Shown here piece by piece: positions 46,421 to 56,172 of a stretch of 64,000 nucleotides of DNA. The stretch lies in sequence record PZ168832.1. The stretch is one strand, 5' to 3'. Every line of letters starts with the position of its first letter. Position 1 is the first letter of the stretch. The position numbers and the translations under genes were made by a program. This DNA comes from a phage. The notes under the pieces are model-generated. The model saw only the letters and a list, made by a program, of their open reading frames with translations. It had not been told where the DNA came from and searched no databases.

Positions 46421-47148
46421 TGATGGCAGAAAAGTTAACCCAACTTACAAGCCCCAACCAAACTGACAAATCAAGTATGTTTGCCGCGCTGCAGGGAATG
46501 CTGGACCGTGGCAAGTATACCACTGACGGCATGATTCCTGCACAAGTAATATCTTATGACCGCAAACAGAATTTAGCAGTCATAAAGCCTGTTATTCATT
46601 TCGTAAGTCTTGATGATAGACCAGTGGAGCGTCAACCACTGGTGTCAATTCCTGTATTGGCAATCGGCGGCGGCGGCTTCGTAATCAACTTTCCTCTGAA
46701 AGAGGGTGATTTGGGCTGGATATTCGCTGGCGACCGCGAGTTGTCGACATTCCTTGAAGAATTGAAGCCGACCGCGCCTACCAATGGCCGCGCGAAAACT
46801 TTCGCTGATGGACTGTTCATACCGGATGTATTTCGAAAATACACCATAAGCGGAGAGGATGCAGGCTCAATGGTAATCCAGTCACTCAGCGGAGCTGTCC
46901 GCATCGCATTAAGTGATGACTCGATAAACATAACTGCATCGGCTGGAGTAAATGTGAAAACACCAATAACCACTATCGACCAACAATTGATAGTTAATGG
47001 AAAGGCAACGTTCAATGGTGGTATAGAAGGGAAAGAAGGAACGACGGCAACGCTTCCGACTGGCACAACAATCGGCGGCACAAATGTATCCACTCACGGT
47101 CACATAGGTAACGGACCTGGAAACAGAACTGGGGATATGATAGAATGA
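46420..47148 (+). CDS. Baseplate spike / hub protein (gpV-like, tentative)
   Basis: About 240 aa with a Gly-rich beta-type C-terminus, upstream of a gpJ-like gene. Confidence 0.45.
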   Translation: MMAEKLTQLTSPNQTDKSSMFAALQGMLDRGKYTTDGMIPAQVISYDRKQNLAVIKPVIHFVSLDDRPVERQPLVSIPVLAIGGGGFVINFPLKEGDLGWIFAGDRELSTFLEELKPTAPTNGRAKTFADGLFIPDVFRKYTISGEDAGSMVIQSLSGAVRIALSDDSINITASAGVNVKTPITTIDQQLIVNGKATFNGGIEGKEGTTATLPTGTTIGGTNVSTHGHIGNGPGNRTGDMIE

Positions 47149-48416
47149 GTGCACAATATTCTTACATAGTAAGCACTGGTGTAATAACCATCGACACAGC
47201 CGATTTGCTGGCTGACGTTCAAAGTGAATGGATTGAGTCATTAGGGGTCGGGCTTGACGTTGATGCCTCGACACCGCAAGGCACCCTAATCGCGACAGAG
47301 ACTTTGGCAAGAACTTCAGTCATGAAGAATAACGCCGAGCTGGGAAGTCTCATCAACCCTAATTATTCATATGGCGTATACCTTGATGCCATCGCGGCGT
47401 TGCTTGGTATTGAGCGAACGAAAAACATCAGCACGATGTTGAAAGGCATTACCGCAGAAGGAACGCCGCTGTTGGAAATTCCTGCTGGAAGTTTGCTGAC
47501 GGATTCAAATGGCACATACTGGTATGTTTTGGAAGACGTTCAAATCACTTCGACTGGCAAGACAAGCAATATGACTCTTGCATCAAAAGAGTATGGCTCA
47601 TTTACTGTTGCACCTGATGAAGAGTTTACCGTGGTGCAAGGATATGACGTCATCGGATGGTCAAGAACGTATTCAACATCAGCAACGACGACCGTACCAG
47701 GTACGCAATACATGGGCGACGGAGCGTTAAAGGCCGCTCGCGTTAAGCGCCTTTACCAGCAGGGAATTGCATCGCTTGGTGCTATTCGCGCTCGCGCCAT
47801 GTCGGTCGACGGCGTGGAATCGGTGATGGTAGTGGAGAATGACACGGGATTGCCTGGAACGGTGCGCGGCATCACCTTTTCAACGCCTAACGGTGTCTGG
47901 GTGTGCGCAAGCGGAACGTTCGATAAGCAAGTTTTTGCTGAGACTATTTTCAAGGCAAAGATGGGCGGCCAACCGTGGGACTTTGGTGCTACCAACCAGG
48001 GTGATCCAGTCAACTCGCCTGATGGAATAGAAGTTGTCGACGAAGAATCGCAACTGTCTTATTTCGTAAAGTTCAACACTGCTGTCATATATGACTTGTA
48101 TGTCGACATTACTGTTGTAAGAGGCACCGCAACCGCCGATGCCGAATCTATTATTGCCGCTGTGTTGAATTACGGTAATGGAAATTTTAACGGCGAGCAA
48201 GGATATGCAGTGGGTCAATCTCAATCTTCTTTTGAGATTGCTTCATCAGTGTCTTGCGAGTATCCAGGTCTGTACATTAAAGATTGCAAAATTGCAGCAG
48301 TTAAAAGCGGACAGGCAGCGCCAAATTATCCATCCGATTACGGCAGCGAGTGGATTGCCAATCCTTGGGATAAGGCTAATACTATGCGCGGCTTCATCAA
48401 CGTTAAATTTGTGTGA
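47145..48416 (+). CDS. Baseplate wedge protein (gpJ-like, tentative)
   Basis: 423 aa, positioned between the spike and fibre genes. Confidence 0.45.
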   Translation: MSAQYSYIVSTGVITIDTADLLADVQSEWIESLGVGLDVDASTPQGTLIATETLARTSVMKNNAELGSLINPNYSYGVYLDAIAALLGIERTKNISTMLKGITAEGTPLLEIPAGSLLTDSNGTYWYVLEDVQITSTGKTSNMTLASKEYGSFTVAPDEEFTVVQGYDVIGWSRTYSTSATTTVPGTQYMGDGALKAARVKRLYQQGIASLGAIRARAMSVDGVESVMVVENDTGLPGTVRGITFSTPNGVWVCASGTFDKQVFAETIFKAKMGGQPWDFGATNQGDPVNSPDGIEVVDEESQLSYFVKFNTAVIYDLYVDITVVRGTATADAESIIAAVLNYGNGNFNGEQGYAVGQSQSSFEIASSVSCEYPGLYIKDCKIAAVKSGQAAPNYPSDYGSEWIANPWDKANTMRGFINVKFV

Positions 48417-48422
48417 GGAACT

Positions 48423-51161
48423 ATGCAAAAGTTTGACACAAACCTGTTGCAAAACCTTAAGTGGATGCAGAACAATGCGCCAAACATCACATCTTTGGTG
48501 CAAAAGAAAAGTGACTGGTATGAAAGATACCAAGATCAGTTTTGGACTGACTGGTACAATAACATTTTTAACATTGACACTTGTGATGCAATGGGCATTT
48601 ATATTTGGTGCGACATCCTTTGCATACCAAGAGACTTTGTGGACTTAAGCAACTATGAGCACAACTGGGCGTTTGGACCCACACGCGACAATTTCGAAGG
48701 GCCGGACAATATCGGCGGCAACTTCTTTGGTGCTGGCGGAAAGGTTGTGAAAAACATCGAAGAAGCCCGCATCCTTCTGAAGCTTCGTTATCTGACGCTT
48801 ACAAGTGATGGCCGCATAGAAAGCATCAACCGTATGCTTAAGTGGATTTTCAACCGTGGAGAAGATTGGGATTACTCTTCATCGCGCTACGCATATGTGA
48901 CAGATAATACTCAAGGCGCGGTGTCTTCTTCTGAAGCAACAAACGGCTCATTCCTTCTGTACGACTGGCAGGGGTCAACTGAGATTCAGCACGATTATAA
49001 ACAAGTTCTTTTGAGCCACGGCAACAACGCAGGACTTACCATAAGTGGGGTGGCAGGGACCGTTTCGCGAATGGCACACCCAGACTGGTATTCATGGGGT
49101 AATGGTTCCGGCGCTGGTATTGTCGGTGGCGACACCAGACAGTACGGCGGCCCTGATTACTATGGACAGTTGTGTGGCGATTACCCAGGTGAGGCAATAG
49201 AGAATTTTGCCAACGCAGTAAGGGTCGTCAAGACGGCTTCAAGCGGTGAGCCTGTGTATTCTTTGGCTAATAATCCAAGCGCACAGTCAATTGCCCTTCC
49301 TTCGCAGGCTGGCGTTAACGTTTGCTATAGCTTCTACATAAAGGTGCTTTCTGAAAACGTCGCTTCTGTTTCTGTTACAGAGAATAGTGATGCATCGAGC
49401 AATGGAAAGCTGTTTGACCCCGTCACCGGCCAGTTCAACTTGGACCCGTCATTGAGCTATTTCATCAAAGGCAAATTCGATGGAGTAAGAAGGGAATCAA
49501 ACCGTGGTGGCATAAAAGCAATTGGCGGCGATTGGTATCGAATCTGGATTGTAGAGCAGACGGCAACCGCTGCTTCTGGAGTAAGTACCAGCTTTTCAAT
49601 AGAGTTGAAGGCGACTGCCGCTGGATCAACTCAAACTCGTGAATTGCCTGAAGGGTCTGATGCACTTCTTTTTGGATACTCGATTTGCGTCTGCGACCCT
49701 GTTCAGAATCCAAATGGGCCTGAGCCTTATTTTTATGGAACGCAAAACCCTCCTTCTGACGGAACAGCAATACTGTCTGTAACGGCGGGAACGCTCAACA
49801 ACATCTCCTGTGCAAACGGACCGCTGACGACAAGAAACGGTGTGGTTGGCGAGTCATTCATGCAACCTGGCTCATCACTTGCATACTCTGGCTCAATCGG
49901 CGGCTACCCGTACCCAGGGAACGCCACATTGATTGCAGAGACTGACGGCATCAGACGCTCATGGAACGTTAGCAGGCTTGATGGAGTACCGCCGCCGCCG
50001 ACCGCTGACTATTACATGGAATACGTCATCGGACCTTATTTCGCCAACAACCTGTCAGACAACTTTAAGACGCTAGTTGGCGACAGGAATGAAGGATTCT
50101 TGCCAGCAAATGCCGGAATACGTTGGCAGCTTTACCAAGAAGTCGCAGACTTATCTGATATTGATTTGACCGTCAGCAACATAACAGACACGCGAGTAGG
50201 ATTCGAAACGGAAGGTGTCGCATGGATTAACACTGACGGCATCATCAGAGTTGGCGGCATAAACGAGTGGCCGTTGAACAACTTCAAAGGTGTTATACGA
50301 CAGCTTGAATCTTTGAAAGGTGTGAACCAAGTTATCGACGGCGCACTTGTCAACGACTATTCAATCTCAAAAGCATCAAGAGATGACTTTGGTCGTGAAA
50401 TCCCACGTGCCGCGATCACAAACTACTGGCGATACACACAGCCCAATGACGGCACATCTTTTGGAAATATCGTCAAGGACGGAGATAACACGGTAACGGC
50501 GACGCCAATCAGCGGTGTGCCCAACCAGTTCCCATCATTCAAGCTTTCCGCTACAATAGGGACTGTGCCAGCGTCCGGCTATGCACGTGCTGTACTTGCT
50601 ACTAAATACACTGGCAACCTGACTGGTCCTTTGTCATTTATCGCAATAGTTAAAAACAACACGGTAAACGGTCAAAAACTTTTCGTAACCGTACCGGATG
50701 GTATGGGCGGCTATATCCCTAAATTCTACAGCATAGGCGCAGGTGATTTGCAACGTATCGAAATTGACCTTGCCGCTGAGATTGTTGCAGGAACGACTTG
50801 GGATGGTTCGACAGGTGGAATCAGCATTGGTTTGATATCAGGGAAAGACTTGCCGACCGAAGTTGGTACGACTCTTGAACTTGATATTTTAAGCTTGATG
50901 CTTGTTTCTGGTAATACGATGAATGCTCTTGCGATTTCAACAAGCGAAGATTTTGCAAAGAAAACTGCAACTTCTATATACATCAAAAACCCAGGGTCAC
51001 TGGCGACTGGAGTTCAATTGATAGCTTCGAATGGGGATGTTGTAGCGACAGTAAACTTTCCAAGAAGTGCTGCTGGCGGTTATGTTTCAAGCATGAATAT
51101 AACTGACTTGACTGGTGATTGGGCATCGACCCTTTTATCAAAAATTAAATACATCGTGTAG
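48423..51161 (+). CDS. Large tail fibre / baseplate-attached protein
   Basis: 912 aa, Gly/Ser/Thr/Asn-rich; GAGGAA RBS. Confidence 0.55.
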   Translation: MQKFDTNLLQNLKWMQNNAPNITSLVQKKSDWYERYQDQFWTDWYNNIFNIDTCDAMGIYIWCDILCIPRDFVDLSNYEHNWAFGPTRDNFEGPDNIGGNFFGAGGKVVKNIEEARILLKLRYLTLTSDGRIESINRMLKWIFNRGEDWDYSSSRYAYVTDNTQGAVSSSEATNGSFLLYDWQGSTEIQHDYKQVLLSHGNNAGLTISGVAGTVSRMAHPDWYSWGNGSGAGIVGGDTRQYGGPDYYGQLCGDYPGEAIENFANAVRVVKTASSGEPVYSLANNPSAQSIALPSQAGVNVCYSFYIKVLSENVASVSVTENSDASSNGKLFDPVTGQFNLDPSLSYFIKGKFDGVRRESNRGGIKAIGGDWYRIWIVEQTATAASGVSTSFSIELKATAAGSTQTRELPEGSDALLFGYSICVCDPVQNPNGPEPYFYGTQNPPSDGTAILSVTAGTLNNISCANGPLTTRNGVVGESFMQPGSSLAYSGSIGGYPYPGNATLIAETDGIRRSWNVSRLDGVPPPPTADYYMEYVIGPYFANNLSDNFKTLVGDRNEGFLPANAGIRWQLYQEVADLSDIDLTVSNITDTRVGFETEGVAWINTDGIIRVGGINEWPLNNFKGVIRQLESLKGVNQVIDGALVNDYSISKASRDDFGREIPRAAITNYWRYTQPNDGTSFGNIVKDGDNTVTATPISGVPNQFPSFKLSATIGTVPASGYARAVLATKYTGNLTGPLSFIAIVKNNTVNGQKLFVTVPDGMGGYIPKFYSIGAGDLQRIEIDLAAEIVAGTTWDGSTGGISIGLISGKDLPTEVGTTLELDILSLMLVSGNTMNALAISTSEDFAKKTATSIYIKNPGSLATGVQLIASNGDVVATVNFPRSAAGGYVSSMNITDLTGDWASTLLSKIKYIV

Positions 51162-51171
51162 AGGAACGGCA

Positions 51172-52959
51172 ATGCCAACACTTATTAACAGACCTTTCGC
51201 GCAAAGCGGTGATGTATCCGTGGTGCCGGATGCAAGCCCAAGTGGTTATGTGAACTTCCAGCGCGGATACACCCCTGACTATGCGCTTGCTCTGGCGGCT
51301 GGAAACGTCTCCGCGAAAGCTGTTGAGCGCGAATCGATGAACTGGTTGTTGAATCTGATTACAGACAACCTTATGTTTATTCAAGATCATGGCGCTCAAC
51401 AATATTTCTCTTCTGACTTGAAGCCGGATGGATACCCGAAAAACGCCATCGTAGTAAGCAACTCTGGAACTCCTTCAGCGCCTGAATGGCGCATTTTCCA
51501 GAGCGTAGTTGACGGAAACACAAGCGCCGTCCCGGCCAACGGAGAAACGGAATCTTGGCAGGAATTAACACTGCCCAGCGAAGCGCGAAAATACATTCCT
51601 ATGCCTGCTGGCGGCGATGCGCAAAACCCGTATTTTGTTCGCGGATTGATTTCAAGTGTTGTTGACTTTGACAATATCACGACTTCCACAACTATCGTGA
51701 TTCAATCCGATGCCGTTGCCGCTCTGTGCTCTAACATACCGAATGCTGTTGGCGCAACGAAGGTTGCAGGTCGGCTGCAGGTATGCGCTTGGCAGGTCGA
51801 TGAACAAACCTTTGCCTTGCAGCAATATACATCAATGAATGGCTATTTGTTTACTCGCTCTTATACTTCTGGTGCTTGGAGTGCTTGGATTCAAAATGCC
51901 ACTGTTCAAGACGTTCAAATTGGAACGCCGAATCTTGCATCAGGTAAAGGAGCGCAAGACATAATCCTTACCGTCCCAGCAGGTTATTCATGGCCTCCGT
52001 CAGCAGGTAGTCGCCTGACAATCGTCAATGATGTGACGACTACCGGACCTGTCACTGTGACCATTGGTGTAAACAAAGTTGCCGTTCTTGGATTCGACGG
52101 CAGCGAGTTGCCAGCTGGCGCTATCGTAGGCCTGTTGCCATTCACCATCATCTATGACGGCACTGTTTGGCGTCTTCTTCAGGCATTCGGCGCGGCGCAA
52201 ATCGGCGTTGATGCTACGGAGCCGCAGCAGTTTGTTACCAAAAGGCAACTTGACGCGCTTGCCGCGAAGTTGATTACCATGGGTGACGTATTCGAAGTCG
52301 GTGAGACTCGATTCCTTACCAACGGGACCAACCCGAATACTAAACTGGGCGCTTACGGCCAGGTATGGACACGACTGCCTGATAACATGGTGATTCGCAC
52401 GTCCGGCGCTGCGCGAAACGGTCTTGATACAGGCGGAGCAGACTCTGTTACTCTCACCGCCGCCATGCTTCCTCTCCATAATCACAGCGTGAACATTACC
52501 ACGCGACAAAGTGGTCCATGGTCCAATACCACTGGAGACGCAGGCAACCATAACCACACAGGCGATACCAGTCAAAACGGCGCTCACGTGCACGGAATGG
52601 ACACGGCAGGCAACCACCATCATGACAGTAGCTGGGGTGAAGCGAATACGAACGATGCACGATACGGCGTTTATGATGGAACACACAACAACTTCGGAAG
52701 TCGAAAGGGCGGCGACTGGGACAACTACAAATACAACACTTCAACCAACGGCAACCACGTCCATAATATTCAGTCGTCTGGATCACACACCCATGGGTTG
52801 AATATAAATTACGCTGGCAATCACAGCCATAGCTATACCCTTCCCGCTCACACTCACGATGTGGTCGGTAACACTGGCAACGCAGGGCAGTCCGTTCCAA
52901 CGGCTGTTTCAACCCTGCCGCGATATGTCGTCTTGAACGGCTGGTACAGAAGCGCATAA
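51172..52959 (+). CDS. Tail fibre protein with His-x-His repeat tip
   Basis: GAGGA RBS then ATG at 51172; C-terminal region has seven HxH motifs (NHNH, AHVH, NHHH, NHVH, SHTH, NHSH, AHTH). Confidence 0.65.
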   Translation: MPTLINRPFAQSGDVSVVPDASPSGYVNFQRGYTPDYALALAAGNVSAKAVERESMNWLLNLITDNLMFIQDHGAQQYFSSDLKPDGYPKNAIVVSNSGTPSAPEWRIFQSVVDGNTSAVPANGETESWQELTLPSEARKYIPMPAGGDAQNPYFVRGLISSVVDFDNITTSTTIVIQSDAVAALCSNIPNAVGATKVAGRLQVCAWQVDEQTFALQQYTSMNGYLFTRSYTSGAWSAWIQNATVQDVQIGTPNLASGKGAQDIILTVPAGYSWPPSAGSRLTIVNDVTTTGPVTVTIGVNKVAVLGFDGSELPAGAIVGLLPFTIIYDGTVWRLLQAFGAAQIGVDATEPQQFVTKRQLDALAAKLITMGDVFEVGETRFLTNGTNPNTKLGAYGQVWTRLPDNMVIRTSGAARNGLDTGGADSVTLTAAMLPLHNHSVNITTRQSGPWSNTTGDAGNHNHTGDTSQNGAHVHGMDTAGNHHHDSSWGEANTNDARYGVYDGTHNNFGSRKGGDWDNYKYNTSTNGNHVHNIQSSGSHTHGLNINYAGNHSHSYTLPAHTHDVVGNTGNAGQSVPTAVSTLPRYVVLNGWYRSA

Positions 52960-52967
52960 GGTGATTT

Positions 52968-53612
52968 ATGATTAATGCAAACGTAATATCTAAAGGGACC
53001 GGATGCAGCATGGATGTCGCAGAGAAATGGGTGGACCCTTTCAAGCAGGCTTGTGAGCACTACGGAATCAAAAGCAAGAATGCCATCGCGGCATTCCTTG
53101 CAAACGTAGGAGTAGAGACAGGCAGCTTGAGAACATTTGTGGAAAATCTCAACTACTCTGCACAGGGTCTTGCCAACACGTGGCCTAGCCGTTACAGCGT
53201 CAGCGGTCGTTTCGGTGGCGCACCAAACTCCTTGGCGTTGTCGATTGCCCGTAAACCAATGGAAATCGCCAATAATACATATGCAAACCGAATGGGAAAT
53301 GGTTCGGTAGCATCTGGCGACGGTTGGAAGTACCGTGGCCGTGGTGCCATTCAGCTGACTGGAAAGGACAACTATGCAGAGTATTCAAAGCAATCAGGGT
53401 ATGACGCCTTGAATAACCCTGACATTTTGACTGAGCCGAAATACATCGCTGACAGCGCGGCGTGGTTCTTCAAGAACAGCGGTTGCATTCCACTTGCCGA
53501 TGCGGGTGCATTTGATTCGACCGTGAAGCGGATTAACGGGGCCGCGCCGAATACGGCTAACCATGGGGATTTGCGACGGAAGCGTTACAAGGATGCACTA
53601 GCAGTTATGTAA
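52968..53612 (+). CDS. Endolysin, glycoside hydrolase family 19 (chitinase-like)
   Basis: AAFLANVGVETGSL and YRGRGAIQLTGKDNY match GH19 catalytic signatures; no signal peptide or TM. Confidence 0.8.
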   Translation: MINANVISKGTGCSMDVAEKWVDPFKQACEHYGIKSKNAIAAFLANVGVETGSLRTFVENLNYSAQGLANTWPSRYSVSGRFGGAPNSLALSIARKPMEIANNTYANRMGNGSVASGDGWKYRGRGAIQLTGKDNYAEYSKQSGYDALNNPDILTEPKYIADSAAWFFKNSGCIPLADAGAFDSTVKRINGAAPNTANHGDLRRKRYKDALAVM

Positions 53613-53615
53613 GAA

Positions 53616-53635
53616 AAAGGCCCATATGGGCCTTT
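53616..53635. terminator. Bidirectional rho-independent terminator between convergent units
   Basis: 20-bp perfect palindrome AAAGGCCCATATGGGCCTTT flanked by T-rich sequence on both strands. Confidence 0.55.
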
Positions 53636-53637
53636 GT

Positions 53638-53850
53638 TTATTTCACGGCTTCAACCTGGACTGGCGGCGCGGAACTTGTATCAATGTCTGGCAAGTCGAA
53701 GTAATACCCCGCCATGCCAATCACGCCAACAATCGCGGCCCGTGCCACCTTGTTGCTAATTGACTCCCCAATAAGCTTTACCAACAGGGACAAGATTTGA
53801 GACGTCAAAGCCTTTTTCAGCCTTTTGTTTTCTTCCAAATCTTTCTGCAT
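53638..53850 (-). CDS. Small single-TM membrane protein
   Basis: GGTGG RBS then ATG at 53850; hydrophobic VARAAIVGVIGMAGYYF. Confidence 0.4.
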   Translation of the reverse strand: MQKDLEENKRLKKALTSQILSLLVKLIGESISNKVARAAIVGVIGMAGYYFDLPDIDTSSAPPVQVEAVK

Positions 53851-53864
53851 AACTACCACCCATG

Positions 53865-54407
53865 TCAACGCACATCCTGTGTCTTAACATTACCTGAAGC
53901 ATCTCTTAAGGGCAGTGGATAGTAGGCCATTTGGTAGTCTGATACGCCTTCAACATGATAAAACACGATTACGTCTTTGCTGTTGATGAGCATGTTAACG
54001 ACATCTGATTTATCTTCTGGAGTGAGTATGAGTGCGCCGCCTGTCCTGCTGTCTACTGCAACAGGGTATGTCTTGTCGACAAGGCCGCTGTCCAATGTAT
54101 TATACCTGACAACGATTTCAGCGGCATCAACTTTTGCAATTGACATTCCGAACACAAACGACACGACTTGGCGACCGCGATCATTCATTACGCACATCTT
54201 TTCCTTATCAAACCTTTCCTTTATCACATCATATTTGTTCCAGCAAAATTCGAACGATTGGCCGTTGTTAAAATATCTCGTTAACACTTTGGCATTACTA
54301 TTTGGCGGCGTAAACATACTTTCAGCCGCTGCACTTTTGGTGAAGAACAAGACTGTCAGCATAGCCATGATGGTGATCAAAACAATCTTTAAAGTTTTCG
54401 ATTTCAT
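53865..54407 (-). CDS. Secreted / periplasmic protein, unknown function
   Basis: N-terminal MKSKTLKIVLITIMAMLTVLFFTKSAAA; AAAGGTG RBS. Confidence 0.5.
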   Translation of the reverse strand: MKSKTLKIVLITIMAMLTVLFFTKSAAAESMFTPPNSNAKVLTRYFNNGQSFEFCWNKYDVIKERFDKEKMCVMNDRGRQVVSFVFGMSIAKVDAAEIVVRYNTLDSGLVDKTYPVAVDSRTGGALILTPEDKSDVVNMLINSKDVIVFYHVEGVSDYQMAYYPLPLRDASGNVKTQDVR

Positions 54408-54438
54408 TATAATTCACCTTTTGATTACGAATATTAAT

Positions 54439-54466
54439 AGTATAGGCCGAAGGTTTTGAAAGTAAA
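54439..54466 (-). promoter_or_regulatory. Sigma70-like promoter for the 54407-53638 two-gene unit
   Basis: On minus strand TTTACT, 16-nt spacer, TATACT. Confidence 0.3.
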
Positions 54467-54480
54467 TAAGGCGAAAGGTA

Positions 54481-54511
54481 AATAAAAGAAAAGCCGGAGA
54501 TTTCCGGCTTT
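54481..54511 (-). terminator. Rho-independent terminator after the ligase gene
   Basis: Stem AAAGCCGG/CCGGCTTT, 6-nt loop, followed on the minus strand by a T-rich tract. Confidence 0.5.
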
Positions 54512-54583
54512 ATGTATACACTGTATATTAAATTCTATAAAACGACGCGATAGATTATCCGCACCAATTATTTATCTAGTGTC

Positions 54584-55546
54584 TTAAAAATACTCCATAT
54601 CGGTAATATCACGGAAGCATTTATACAAAGCAGAGCGCGGCACATCAACGATGCCAAAGTTAAAGAATTTATACGTTAGATATTTATCGCGATAGTTCTC
54701 GCGATTCTCCCAAAGCATTTTTCTCTCTGCCATAGGCATTGAACCAGCGGATACGCGGAAAGGAATCATTTCACCTTTTTCATCCACATATTTTGGATTG
54801 ACGACTACGAATGAGCCAAGGTGTCCTTTCGCAACTAAACCTTCAGCCTCTTTTGAACGCTTGGTGCGACCCAATTCGTCAATGAATGCTTCGTTGTTGT
54901 TCTCCATCATCTCAACGAAGTCTATGATCAATCCTTCTTCATCCGTCCACGGCTTGTCCTTCCACACATCACGTGACTTCGGCGTCGCGCGGCCATGCTT
55001 GTATTTGCCCGTCCAAGACTTGCCATACAAGCCTTCATATCCAAGCTGGTCTGCTTCGATTTGCATCGCCGCGTACTGTTCCATATTTTCGATGTTTCGA
55101 TATTCGAGAGCGCGAAGGAATGGGCGTCGACCATGGTTGATGAGATGTTGATTAACTTCAGCAACTCTGGCTCGATAGTTTGCATAACGCTTTTCAAAAG
55201 GCAGATCAGGGTCGCTGAAGTCATCAAACACCCACCATGTAAAGTTAGTTATTGCGTCAGTATTCATGCATGCAGTATAGGCCTGTTGCATTACGTTCTT
55301 ATCATTTGGATTGCCGTCGATTAGCTCTCCATCAAGTCCGTGAATTAGTTCACCCAAAAAGAGGAACTCTTTTTTGATTTGAACGTTGCGCAACGGCATG
55401 CCGGAAGTGCCCATTGGCAAGTTGTCATACGCCATTGCACGTATGCCATCGACCTTGAATGACAGTCCGCAAGGCAGCGGCACGTCTTCGCCGCGCTCGA
55501 TAATCTGCTTACGTTGGCAACCCTTCATTGGTTTTAATGCTGTCAT
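54584..55546 (-). CDS. ATP-dependent DNA ligase
   Basis: Nucleotidyltransferase motif I KVDGIR (KxDG); 320 aa, similar in size to small phage ligases. Confidence 0.7.
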   Translation of the reverse strand: MTALKPMKGCQRKQIIERGEDVPLPCGLSFKVDGIRAMAYDNLPMGTSGMPLRNVQIKKEFLFLGELIHGLDGELIDGNPNDKNVMQQAYTACMNTDAITNFTWWVFDDFSDPDLPFEKRYANYRARVAEVNQHLINHGRRPFLRALEYRNIENMEQYAAMQIEADQLGYEGLYGKSWTGKYKHGRATPKSRDVWKDKPWTDEEGLIIDFVEMMENNNEAFIDELGRTKRSKEAEGLVAKGHLGSFVVVNPKYVDEKGEMIPFRVSAGSMPMAERKMLWENRENYRDKYLTYKFFNFGIVDVPRSALYKCFRDITDMEYF

Positions 55547-55548
55547 AA

Positions 55549-56172
55549 TTATTGTCCTGTAACTTCTCTGATCACACGGTCTTCAAGTTCCAGCTTCTTT
55601 ACCATTTTGCAGGAGTGCTCATAAGCTGGATCAGTCGATTTGATAAACGTGCCGTTGTACATGACACCTTTGCGGTCCTTGATGTCTTCGTAGGCCGCTT
55701 GCGCACAGTCGGATAATCGAAGGCCATAATCATGAGCTACGCCGGAAAGGTAATCGACTGCGGCCATGATAGTGACGTCAATATCCATGGCCTGATTCTT
55801 GGCAATAGCATCACCAAGTCGTCCAAGGGTCTTTGCCAGGCGAAGGATAAATGAATGAGGGTGAGCGCCCTTATCAGCGCAACCGCCGCCATTAATGTTT
55901 TCGATTTCAGTACCGTTTTGCGCTGCCAGGATGGCCAACACAACAAGGCAATCGCCGATGTCGTCCTTAATTGCCGCCTGCAAGTCACAGATGGCCTGCT
56001 CTGTATATCCAATTTCAGGGTCAAAGAACACAAGGTCATGGAGTTGATCAACGTGGTCGGTTAACTCCCCAAACTCGCTGATAAGCTTCGGATATTGGTC
56101 TTTAAGGTCGCAACCTTGGATGATGTTACGGTCAGAAGCCCACTGGCGAATGTTTGCATAAATCTGGTTCAT
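55549..56172 (-). CDS. MazG-like nucleoside triphosphate pyrophosphohydrolase
   Basis: EFGELTDHV and IGDCLVVLAILAAQNG fit the MazG helical EExxE / D motif pattern. Confidence 0.6.
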   Translation of the reverse strand: MNQIYANIRQWASDRNIIQGCDLKDQYPKLISEFGELTDHVDQLHDLVFFDPEIGYTEQAICDLQAAIKDDIGDCLVVLAILAAQNGTEIENINGGGCADKGAHPHSFILRLAKTLGRLGDAIAKNQAMDIDVTIMAAVDYLSGVAHDYGLRLSDCAQAAYEDIKDRKGVMYNGTFIKSTDPAYEHSCKMVKKLELEDRVIREVTGQ

